From Nocardioidaceae bacterium (GTDB lineage: Bacteria > Actinomycetota > Actinomycetes > Propionibacteriales > Nocardioidaceae): a stretch of DNA of 64,000 nucleotides. The stretch lies in NCBI GenBank assembly GCA_050700835.1, contig JBOHDX010000048.1:1952-65951 (forward strand), written 5' to 3'. The notes under the pieces were generated by a model, which did no database searches, was not told where the DNA came from, and saw only the letters and a list, made by a program, of their open reading frames with translations. Below, piece by piece: positions 35,801 to 46,700 of this stretch (its first letter is position 1; every line of letters starts with the position of its first letter). The translations under genes and the position numbers were made by a program.

Positions 35801-36390
35801 TGGACGAAATGCTTGGGCACCCTGATGATGCCGGCGCCGGGCCTGTGCACCTTCGGCTTGACGACCGGCTGCACGGGATCCTGACCAGCCGCCTGCACCG
35901 AGCCCCACAGCGAGGAGTACCACGCGGGCCGCTGCCGGGTCGGCTTGCTCGGAGCCGCGGCCAGGTGCTCCGTGGAGCCAAGCGTCTGACCGTGCCGGTC
36001 GACGACGCGGTAGCCGACCTCACCAGGCAGCACCCAGGAGAACCGGAGCCGGGCCTGCGCCTCGATGTAGGCCGGGTCCTTCCAGCGACGCTGCTCCTGC
36101 TGCAGCCCGGCCACAGCGGTCTGGGTCCGGGTGATGTCGGCTCGCGCGGCATTGATCTGGTCGCGTTGCTCGAGCCACGCCCGCAGGCTGGATGCATAGG
36201 ACATGACCAGCACGAGCAGCACCAGCAGCAGCACCGCGGCCCGGCTGGTGACCAGCGAGCGTGCCCGGCCTCCCGGCCGATCGGCCGCCACCGGGACGCC
36301 CGGCACCCGGGCGCGTCGCGGAGCCGGCGTACGCGAGCGGCCGGGACCCGAACGAGCTCCCCGGTCGGGGGTACGTCGGCGCGACGGCAT
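35797..36390 (-). CDS. septum formation initiator (FtsB/DivIC-like) family protein
   Basis: This is the in-frame part of ORF 35797..36522, starting at MPSRRRTPD. An Arg-rich N-terminus is followed by one TM segment and then a coiled coil 'LRAWLEQRDQINAARADITRTQ'. It lies downstream of eno. Confidence 0.75.
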   Translation of the reverse strand: MPSRRRTPDRGARSGPGRSRTPAPRRARVPGVPVAADRPGGRARSLVTSRAAVLLLVLLVLVMSYASSLRAWLEQRDQINAARADITRTQTAVAGLQQEQRRWKDPAYIEAQARLRFSWVLPGEVGYRVVDRHGQTLGSTEHLAAAPSKPTRQRPAWYSSLWGSVQAAGQDPVQPVVKPKVHRPGAGIIRVPKHFVQ

Positions 36391-36397
36391 GGCCGGC

Positions 36398-37861
<1,464 letters not shown>

Positions 37862-37907
37862 TCACCGTGAGAAGTGGGCCGCCGCGCGGTCGATGGGACA
37901 ACCCGGC

Positions 37908-39245
37908 TCACGGTTGGGGTGAGGGCGGGCTCTCCCGTGCGCGTACGTCCGCGGACAGACGGTCGACGGCTGCCCGCAGGGCCTGTTCCGGGTCGACGCC
38001 GGCTGCCCGAGCGGCCCGCACCTGCGCCAACAGCCGCTCCCCGACCACCTCGTCCGCCGTTAGGGAGCCGGTGGAACTCGTGGAGCCGGCGGAGGCGGTG
38101 GAACTCGTGGAACCCGTTGAACCGGTGGAACCCGTTGAACTCGTGGAACCCGTTGAACTCGTGGAACCCGTTGAACCGGCGGAACCGGTGGGGCCGGCAG
38201 AACCGGCAGAACCGGCAGAATCCGCGGAACCGGCGGAACCGGCGGGACCGGCAGAACCCGCGGAACCGCCGGAACCACCAGGCCCGATCCCAGGCTCCCA
38301 GTCGGCGTCGACCGAGCCACCAGACCCATCCGCACCGGACTCAGACCGCGGCCGCCGCCCACCAACCACCACGTCGAGCCCGACCACGTCGAGCCCGGCC
38401 CGGTCCAGACGGGACAGGATCTTGTCGGCCCTGGCCAGCGCCGGCATCGCGGTCGGTACCCCGTCGAGCACGGAGGAGCGCTGCTTCTCGGCCCCTTTGA
38501 TCCGCTCCCAGTTCGCCTCGACCTCGGCCGCGTCGGCGACCGGTTGGCCGGCGAACACGTGCGGGTGCCGGCGCACGAGCTTGTCGACGATCCCGGCGGC
38601 GACCTCGTCGATGGTCCACGGCTCGTCCGCGTCCTCGGCGGCGATGCTGGCATGGAAGTACACCTGGAACAGCAGATCCCCCAGCTCCTCTCGCAGGTCT
38701 AGGCGGGCGGCGGCTACCGCATCGGGGTCCGCGCCCGCCGACGACAAGGCGTCGAGCGTCTCGAGAACCTCGTAGGTCTCCTCCAGCAGATAGCGCGCCA
38801 GGCTCGCGTGTGTCTGCTCGCGGTCCCACGGACACTCCTGCCGCAGCCGCTGCATCACCTCGACCAGGTCCAGCAGTCGCGCCCCAGGCAGGTCGTAGGA
38901 ACCGAGCACCACCTCGACTCGGGGCGCGGCGTCGCCGGACCCCACCAGTGTCCGGGCGAGCGGGCGGGCCCAGCGCGCGTCGCCGCGGCGCGGCACGAAC
39001 ACCGTGGCACCGTCGGTCTCGGTCGCGATCCGGGTCAGCAGCGGCCACGGGTCCGGCGCATCCAGGCGCGGCTCCTCGCGTACGTTCACGCGTTCAGCGG
39101 CCAGAGCCACGGCGGTGCTGTCGTGGCGATCGACGACCACCACCTGCCCGGCGGTACGCACCAGGTCCCAGGCGGTCGCGGTCAGCAGGCCCGGAGCCAC
39201 CCGGGCGGTGGTCACCAGCACCGTGACAGAGGCGGAGCCGTTCAC
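37908..39245 (-). CDS. mazG: nucleoside triphosphate pyrophosphohydrolase MazG with a Gly/Ser/Thr/Ala low-complexity insertion
   Basis: 445-aa ORF with 'CPWDREQTHASLARYLLEETYEVLE' and 'EELGDLLFQVYFHA'. A 73-aa repeat insertion lies at 38067-38285. Its position between mfd and eno matches Rv1021. Confidence 0.85.
   Translation of the reverse strand: MNGSASVTVLVTTARVAPGLLTATAWDLVRTAGQVVVVDRHDSTAVALAAERVNVREEPRLDAPDPWPLLTRIATETDGATVFVPRRGDARWARPLARTLVGSGDAAPRVEVVLGSYDLPGARLLDLVEVMQRLRQECPWDREQTHASLARYLLEETYEVLETLDALSSAGADPDAVAAARLDLREELGDLLFQVYFHASIAAEDADEPWTIDEVAAGIVDKLVRRHPHVFAGQPVADAAEVEANWERIKGAEKQRSSVLDGVPTAMPALARADKILSRLDRAGLDVVGLDVVVGGRRPRSESGADGSGGSVDADWEPGIGPGGSGGSAGSAGPAGSAGSADSAGSAGSAGPTGSAGSTGSTSSTGSTSSTGSTGSTGSTSSTASAGSTSSTGSLTADEVVGERLLAQVRAARAAGVDPEQALRAAVDRLSADVRARESPPSPQP
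38067..38285 (-). repeat. coding low-complexity tandem repeats (9/18-bp periodicity) inside mazG
   Basis: Encodes 73 aa: GPGGSGGSAGSAGPAGSAGSADSAGSAGSAGPTGSAGSTGSTSSTGSTSSTGSTGSTGSTSSTASAGSTSSTG. Confidence 0.85.
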
Positions 39246-39266
39246 GTGGGTGGTCGCACCACGGCG

Positions 39267-39968
39267 TCAGCCGCACACCTGCGAAGGCGGCAGCGAGGCG
39301 GCGTAGGAACTGGTCGAGCTCGCGTCGCTCGGCGCCGTCGCGAGGGAGGACAGGCCCGCCGACAGCGAACCGGAGCCACCATTGACGAGACCGCCGTTGC
39401 GGTCGACACCGAACCGCGGGTCGAACGTCACCGGCACCGACGCGGCGTACTTCGTGACGTACTGCTGGCCGGCCTTCTGCGCGGTCTGGGTGTCGATCTT
39501 GGTGGGATCGCCGCCGATCAGCTTGTCGCCGATGTTGATCTCGAGCTGGGTCGACTGGCTGGACATGGTGACGACCTCGAGCAGCGGGGCGCGGTACTTC
39601 GCGGGCATCGCCTTCAGCAGGCTGCTGATCTGGGCGGCGTTGGACGTGTAGTCGGCCGGGTTGGCTGTGACGCCGAGCTTGGCGGCGGCGCCCTTGGCGA
39701 GGATGTTCTCCTCGATGATCCCGAGCACCTGGCGCCGCTTGGCGACGCCGGCTTCGACCGGGAACGCGCTCCCGGTGAGCTTGCCGTTGGCCACGAACGC
39801 CTGACAGTACGCGGTGGCCAGGTTGTCGAGGTGGTCCATCGAGACGGTCGTGTCCCCGATCCTGGCGGCGGACCCGGGGTAGAAGCTGCCGCAGCCGGAG
39901 ACCAGCAACGCGCCGGAGAGGACGACCGTGGTGACGCCGAGACGTCGGCGGCGGTGGGACATCCTCAC
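39267..39968 (-). CDS. lipoprotein with SurA-N/PpiC-chaperone-like region
   Basis: 233-aa ORF with a signal peptide and lipobox 'LLVSGCGS'. GTG 39968 overlaps the mfd stop as GTGA (the alternative start is ATG 39962). Confidence 0.65.
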   Translation of the reverse strand: MRMSHRRRRLGVTTVVLSGALLVSGCGSFYPGSAARIGDTTVSMDHLDNLATAYCQAFVANGKLTGSAFPVEAGVAKRRQVLGIIEENILAKGAAAKLGVTANPADYTSNAAQISSLLKAMPAKYRAPLLEVVTMSSQSTQLEINIGDKLIGGDPTKIDTQTAQKAGQQYVTKYAASVPVTFDPRFGVDRNGGLVNGGSGSLSAGLSSLATAPSDASSTSSYAASLPPSQVCG

Positions 39969-42900
39969 GACGCGTCTTCCTTCGTCCGGTCCAGTACTCG
40001 CTCGATCACGCCTTCGGCCCAGGCGAGCAACGGCTCGTCCCGCAGAGGTTCGCCGCCCACCGGGGCGGTGCGAGGGCGTGGTACCAGGATCGTACGCACC
40101 GGGGCCTTCACCACGCTCTTGGGGTAGAGACGCTGCAACCGCAGCACAGTGGACTCCGGCAGGTCCACCGGCGAGAACCGGACGTAGTTGCCGGTCAGCG
40201 CCACGTCGGTGAGCCCGGCCTGCTTGACCCGGGCCCGCAGCCGGGCGACTTCGAGCAGGCTGGCCACCGGCGCCGTCGGCTCGCCGTAGCGGTCGACGAG
40301 CTCCTCACGCACCTCGTCGACGTCGGCGCCGCTGCGTACCGCCGCGAGCCGCTTGTACATCTCGAGCCGCAGGCGCTCACTGGGGATGTAGTCGTGCGGG
40401 AGGTGGGCGTCGATCGGCAGCTCGATCTTCGCCTCGGCGTCGGGCTCGCTGGTGTCGCCACGGAACTCCGACACGGCCTCTCCGACCAGCCGGACGTACA
40501 AGTCGAACCCGACGTCGGCAATGTGACCGGACTGCTCACCCCCGAGCAGGTTGCCGGCCCCGCGAATCTCGAGATCCTTCATCGCGATCGCGGTACCGCC
40601 ACCGAGCTCGGAGTGCTGGGCGATGGTCGCCAGCCGCTCGTGCGCGGTCTCGGTCAGGGGCTTGTCCGGTGGGTAGAAGAAGTAGGCGTAGGCCCGCTCG
40701 CTGCCGCGCCCGACCCGTCCGCGCAGCTGGTGCAGCTGGGACAGGCCGAGCAGGTCGGACCGCTCGATGACCAACGTGTTGGCGTTGGACACGTCGAGGC
40801 CGGACTCGACGATCGTGGTGCAGACGAGCACGTCGTACTTCTTCTCCCAGAAGTCGACCATCACCTGCTCGAGCTGGTGCTCGCCCATCTGGCCGTGCGC
40901 CGCAGTGATCCGCGCTTCGGGTACGAGCGTCTGCAGCCGGCCCACAGCCCGGTCGATGCTCTGCACCCTGTTGTGGATGAAGAAGACCTGACCTTCGCGC
41001 AGCAGCTCCCGCCGGATCGCGGCGGTGACCTGGCGGTCCTCGTAGGACCCGACGAAGGTCAGCACCGGGTGGCGTTCCTCGGGTGGCGTGGCGATCGTGG
41101 ACATCTCCCGGATTCCGGTGATCGCCATCTCCAGGGTCCGCGGGATCGGCGTCGCGGACATCGACAGCACGTCGACGTTGGCACGAAGGTGCTTGAGCGC
41201 CTCCTTGTGCTCGACACCGAAGCGTTGCTCCTCGTCCACGATCACCAGGCCGAGCTTGGGGATCCGCACCTCTGGCTGCAGCAGTCGGTGGGTGCCGATC
41301 ACGATGTCGACGGATCCCTGGTGCAAGCCGTCGACGACCGCCGCGGCCTCCTTGTCGGTCTGGAACCGGCTCAACGCCCGCAGCGTCACCGGGAACTGCG
41401 CGAAGCGCTCGGCGAACGTGGCCATGTGCTGCTGGACGAGCAACGTCGTCGGCACCAAGATGATGACCTGGCGACCGTCCTGGATCGCCTTGAACGCCGC
41501 GCGTATCGCGATCTCGGTCTTGCCGTAGCCCACGTCGCCGCACACCAGCCGATCCATCGGCACGGTGCGCTCCATGTCGCGCTTAACCTCGTCGATCGTG
41601 GACAGCTGGTCCGGCGTCTCGACGTACGGGAACGCCTCCTCCAGCTCGCGTTGCCACGGGGTGTCCGGGCCGAAGGCGTGGCCTTGCGTGGCCTGCCGGG
41701 CGGCGTACAGCTTGATCAGCTCGGCGGCGATCTGGCGCACCGCGCGCCGGGCCCGGCCCTTGCGCTTCGACCAGTCGGCTCCTCCCAGCCGGTCCAGGGT
41801 CGGCTGCTCGCCGCCCACGTAGCGGGTGACGAGGTCGAGCTGGTCGGTTGGCACGAAAAGACGGTCGGCAGGCTGGCCGCGTTTGGATGCGGCGTAGTCG
41901 AGCAGGAGGTACTCGCGGGTGGCGCCCGCAACGGTGCGCTGCGCCATCTCGACGTAGCGGCCGACGCCGTGCTGCTCGTGCACGACGTAGTCACCGGGGC
42001 GCAGCTCCAACGGGTCGATCTGCTTCTTGCGTCGCGCCGGCATCCGCCGCTCTTCGCGGGCCACTCCGGTGCCGCGCTGGGCCACCAGGTCGTCGTTGGT
42101 GAGCACGACGAGGCCGAGGTCGGCGCAGACGAAACCGTGGTCGAGCGCACCGCAGGTGACGTGCACGACCTCGGGACCGAGATCATGGCCGAGACGGTCG
42201 TCGCGTCGCGCCGGCAAGTCATGCTCGGCCAGCACCTCGAGTGTCCGGGCAGCCTGGCCCGGGCCTGCAACGACCAGCACCACGCGGTGCCCGTGGTTGC
42301 GCCAGGCGGCGATGTCGCGGACCGCTGCCTCGGTGTCCCCGCGATAGACCGGGGCGGCCGTGAAAGGCAGCGTCCGCGACTCCACCGCCCCGACACTGGT
42401 GTCGATGTCGATACTGACGAGCTCGCCGGTGTCGGTGCGCAGCGGACGCGCGGTCATGTCGGCTGCTTCGGGGTCGAGAGCGAAGGGTGACGTGCTCCAC
42501 CAGGCGTGCCCCTGCCCCAACGCGGCCAGCCGGACGTCGGCCAGCGAGTGGTACGCCGCCGCACCGAGATCGATCGGGACTTCCGCCCCTGCGGCCGCGG
42601 CGGTCCAGGACGCCTCCAGGAACTCCTGGCTGGTGGCCACCAGGTCGTGGGCACGGGAACGCACCCGCTCCGGGTCGCACACGAGCACCGCCGCACCGGT
42701 CGGCAACAGGTCGACCAGCAGTTCCATGTCGTCGACGAGGGCCGGCGCCAGCGACTCCATGCCCTCGACCGCATGGCCGGCCCTCAGCTTGTCGAACAGC
42801 TCGGCCAGCGCCGGATGCTCGGTGGCCAACGCGGCGGCGCGGCGGCGTACCTCGTCGGTGAGCAGCAGCTCGCGACACGGCGGCGCCCACAGCCGATCGG

Positions 42901-43585
42901 TCTTGTCGAGCGAGCGCTGGTCGGCGACCGCGAAGTAGCGGATCTCGTCGACCGTGTCACCCCAGAACTCCACCCGGATGGGGTGTTCCTCGGTGGGCGC
43001 GAACACATCGACGATGCCGCCACGTACCGCGAACTCACCGCGTCTCTCGACCAGGTCCACCCGGGTGTACGCCGCGCCGGCCAGTCGTCGGATCACGTCC
43101 TCCAGGTCGGCGTCCTGCCCGAGCGCGAGCTCGACCGGGGTGAGGTCGGCCAAGCCCTTGACCTGCGGCTGCAGCACGGAGCGAACCGGCGCGACGATCA
43201 CCTCGACCGGCCCGGCGCCGCCGCCCGGATCGCTGGGATGCACCAGCCGGCGCAGCACCGCGAGACGGCGCCCGACGGTGTCCGAGCGCGGCGACAGCCG
43301 CTCGTGCGGCAGGGTCTCCCACGCGGGATAGCCGACGACGAGACCCGGCTCGAGCAGGTCCCCGACGGCCGCGACCAGGTCGTCGGCTTCGCGCGCCGTG
43401 GCCGTCACGGCGAGCACCGTCCGGCGAGGACCCGCCGGTGGTCGCGCCAGGGACGCGACCAGGAATGGTCGCAGCGACTGCGGGCCGGTGAGGTCCAGGG
43501 CGTTCAGACCGGATGCCGCGTCGCCCAGCGCGGCGGCAACGGTGGGCTCCTGCGCGAACGTCGTGGCCAGTGCGGCCAAGCTCAT
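39965..43585 (-). CDS. mfd: transcription-repair coupling factor
   Basis: 1206-aa ORF. The SF2 helicase motifs 'GDVGYGKTEIA', 'VIVDEEQRFG' and 'QLHQLRGRVGR' are present, together with an N-terminal UvrB-homology region and a C-terminal TRCF domain. Confidence 0.97.
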   Translation of the reverse strand: MSLAALATTFAQEPTVAAALGDAASGLNALDLTGPQSLRPFLVASLARPPAGPRRTVLAVTATAREADDLVAAVGDLLEPGLVVGYPAWETLPHERLSPRSDTVGRRLAVLRRLVHPSDPGGGAGPVEVIVAPVRSVLQPQVKGLADLTPVELALGQDADLEDVIRRLAGAAYTRVDLVERRGEFAVRGGIVDVFAPTEEHPIRVEFWGDTVDEIRYFAVADQRSLDKTDRLWAPPCRELLLTDEVRRRAAALATEHPALAELFDKLRAGHAVEGMESLAPALVDDMELLVDLLPTGAAVLVCDPERVRSRAHDLVATSQEFLEASWTAAAAGAEVPIDLGAAAYHSLADVRLAALGQGHAWWSTSPFALDPEAADMTARPLRTDTGELVSIDIDTSVGAVESRTLPFTAAPVYRGDTEAAVRDIAAWRNHGHRVVLVVAGPGQAARTLEVLAEHDLPARRDDRLGHDLGPEVVHVTCGALDHGFVCADLGLVVLTNDDLVAQRGTGVAREERRMPARRKKQIDPLELRPGDYVVHEQHGVGRYVEMAQRTVAGATREYLLLDYAASKRGQPADRLFVPTDQLDLVTRYVGGEQPTLDRLGGADWSKRKGRARRAVRQIAAELIKLYAARQATQGHAFGPDTPWQRELEEAFPYVETPDQLSTIDEVKRDMERTVPMDRLVCGDVGYGKTEIAIRAAFKAIQDGRQVIILVPTTLLVQQHMATFAERFAQFPVTLRALSRFQTDKEAAAVVDGLHQGSVDIVIGTHRLLQPEVRIPKLGLVIVDEEQRFGVEHKEALKHLRANVDVLSMSATPIPRTLEMAITGIREMSTIATPPEERHPVLTFVGSYEDRQVTAAIRRELLREGQVFFIHNRVQSIDRAVGRLQTLVPEARITAAHGQMGEHQLEQVMVDFWEKKYDVLVCTTIVESGLDVSNANTLVIERSDLLGLSQLHQLRGRVGRGSERAYAYFFYPPDKPLTETAHERLATIAQHSELGGGTAIAMKDLEIRGAGNLLGGEQSGHIADVGFDLYVRLVGEAVSEFRGDTSEPDAEAKIELPIDAHLPHDYIPSERLRLEMYKRLAAVRSGADVDEVREELVDRYGEPTAPVASLLEVARLRARVKQAGLTDVALTGNYVRFSPVDLPESTVLRLQRLYPKSVVKAPVRTILVPRPRTAPVGGEPLRDEPLLAWAEGVIERVLDRTKEDAS

Positions 43586-43774
43586 GCGGCTGCCTCCCGG
43601 GCTGCGTCGATGGCCCCGCCACGCGCGCCGATGGCGCGCAGCACGAGCGCCCCCGCTCCAGCTAGGAGAGGGGGTTGTCGCCAGTCTAGGCCGCGCCGGT
43701 CAGCCTGGGCAGCGACCGGTCCTGTCCGGCCCGGTGGCGCGGCGGTGTCGCCCGTGTGGACCACGGAGCACAGG

Positions 43775-46700
43775 TCACTGGCCGGGGACGAGGACCACCG
43801 ACCACATCGTGGCCATCGCCGCGGCCGCGTTGGCGGTGGCCACCTGCCCGGCGTACGACGTGCCCGACACGGGGCCACCGGAGTCGGCCAGAAGGGACGA
43901 CACGTGACCGGACAGCGTGCCGAACCCGCTCGCCCGGTTGGTCACCGCTGGGGCGTTCCAGGTCGAGGTGCCGGCGTTCTTGTCCGCCCAGTAGGACACC
44001 ACCCAGTCGCCGGCAGCGACCGGCACTCCCGGTGTGGTGTGCGCGGCGCCCGAGGTCGTCTCAACCCGGTTCGCCGCCACGGGTGCCGCACCGTTGGTGC
44101 CGCTCCAGCCGGCGACGGTGAGCGTCACCTTCGCGGTGGCCGGCAGAGTGACGGTGACTTTCTTGCCGGCGTCGCCGGCCACGGCGGTACGGCTCCACAC
44201 GGTGGTGCCGAGGGTGCCGGCCGTGCTGGTGCCCAACGATGTCCAGCCGGTCGGCGCGGTGATCAGCTGTCCCGGTGACGCGGTGCTGAAGAACAGCAGC
44301 AGCGTGTCCCCGACACCGTCGGCCGCCGGGATCGTGACCGTGGGCTTGGTCGCACTTCCCGCGAACCTCGCGGCGCCCCGGAATGCGAGCACCGGTGCCG
44401 GCGCAGTCACCGTGACGTCGTGCGTCACGCTCGCCTGCGCTCCCTGGTCGTCAGTGACGGTCAAGGTCACTGGGTACGTCCCCGTGCCGGACCAGGTGTG
44501 GCTGGTCGTCGCGCCGGTGCCGGTGGCACCGTCGCCCAGGCTCCAGGCGTACGACACGACCGAGCCGTCGGGGTCGCTGGAACCGGAGCCGTCCAGCGTG
44601 CAGGCCAGGTCGGAGCACACGGCGCCGAACGCCGCGGTCGGTGGCTGGTTCGGCGGTGGCGTCGTCGCCCCGGCGGGGGCTAGCTCGATCGACCACATGG
44701 TCGCCATCCCCGTTGCTGCGTTGGCGGTTGCCGTCTGCTGGCCGTAGGTCGGCGTTGCCGCCGAGCCGGCCGAGTCGGCCAGCAGCGAGGACACGTGCCC
44801 AGCGAGGGTGCCGACGGCGCTGCTGCGCGCGACGACACTGCCGGGGGTGGTCCACGACGTCGTGCCGGCCCCCTTGTCGGCCCAATACGACACCACCCAG
44901 CTGTTCGGGACCGTGTGCACAAGCGGAGTCGTGTGGCTCGCCCTCGTCGTCGTGTCCGAGGCTGCCGCGAAGGTGGGCTGCACGGTGAGGCTGGTGCCGG
45001 TGTAGTCGGCGATGGTCAGAGTCACCTTCGCGCTGGTGGCCAGGATGACCGCGACCTTGCGTGACGCGTCACCCGCCTGCGCGATCCGCGTCCACACCGT
45101 CGTTGCCAAAGAGCCGGCGGTCTTGGTGCCCAGCAGGCTCCAGCCCGGCGGCGGTGTCGCGAGCTGCCCGGCCGATGCCGTGCTCAACACCAGCAACAGC
45201 TGGTCGCCGGCGCTGACGCCGGCCGGAGCCGTCACCGAAGGTTTGTTGGTGCTGCCGGCGTACGAGGCCGCACCGCGGTAGGCGACCCCGGACGCCATCG
45301 CCACGGTGAAGCTCTGTGTCGTCGACGACGAGACGCCCTGGTTGTCGGTGACGGTCAGCGTCACCAGATAGCTGCCCTGCGTCGCATAGGTGTGCGTCGT
45401 GGTTGCGCCGCTGGCGGTGCTGCCGTCGCCGAAGCTCCAGGAGTACGCCGCGATCGACCCGTCGGCGTCCTTCGAGGCGGATCCGTCGAACGAGCAGTCC
45501 AGACCGCTGCACACCCCGGTGAAGGATGCCGTGGGCGGCACGTCGACCGGGGGCTGGACGCTGACCTGGTGGGTGGTGCTGGTGCTGGCGCCGGAGTTGT
45601 CGGTGACGGTGAGCGTGACGGTGTGCGTGCCGGGCGTGGTGTAGGTGTACGACGGGGTCACGCCGGTGCCGGTCCCGCCATCGCCGAAGTCCCAGGAGTA
45701 CGACACGATCGTGCCGTCCTGGTCGGAAGCCGACGTCGCGTCGGAGGCGCAGCTCATGTTCGTGCACGTGGGCGCGAACGACGCGGTCGGCGGCAGGTTC
45801 GCGGTCGCCGACGACAGGAACAGGCCCTTGGCCCGCCAGTCCAGACCTCCGGTGGCCGGGCCGTTGACCACGACCGAGCTTCCGGACGGCCCACCGCCGA
45901 CGAGGGTGACTGCGTTCAGCGAACCGTCCGTGGACGAGGCGACGTACAACGTGGAGCCGGCGATGAACATGCCGTTGGCGCGAGACCAGTTGAAGCCACC
46001 CGTCAGCGTGTTGACGGCGGGGTTCATGATGCCGCTGTCCGGGCTGAACGCGACCCAGCTCAGAGTCGACGATCCGCTGCGCGTGAAGTAGAGCCGGCCG
46101 TTGGCGTAGGCCATCCCGGTGACGGTGCCGAGCTGGGAGTAGACCGTCGGCAGCGTGCCGGAGTACGTCTGGCCACTGCCGGTCTGGACGGTGGCCCAGT
46201 TCGGGTCGTGATAGGGGTCCACCTTGACCGCGGGTCCGAATGTCGTGCCGTCGAAGTCGCGGCGGTAGAGGTATCCGTCGGTGTAGCCGTAGTAGAGCCT
46301 CGTCCCGACCATGAACGCGCCACGCACCTGCGACCAGTCCAGGTCGCTGGTCGCGATCGCGCCGGCCACCGATGCCGTTGTGCCGCCGCTGCCGACGCTG
46401 ACCTGGGCGACCGAGGTGGACGGGGTGCTCGCACTACCGCCGAGGAACGCGGTGCCTGGCAGCGATCCGGTCGCGTTCGACACCACCGGTCGGCCCCCGG
46501 CGTACGGGAAGAACGCGATCCGGGGCCGCTTGTACTGGTAGTTGCCGACATAGCTGGTGTCCATGCCCATCCAGATGCCGGCGTTGGTGGGATAGAACTC
46601 CTTGGCCGACACTCCGCGCGGGTTGCGGCCAGGGTTCCAGTCCAGCGGTTCGCCGGTCTGCGGGTCGAGCGCGGACAGGCCGGGCCGCGGCACCGCGCCC

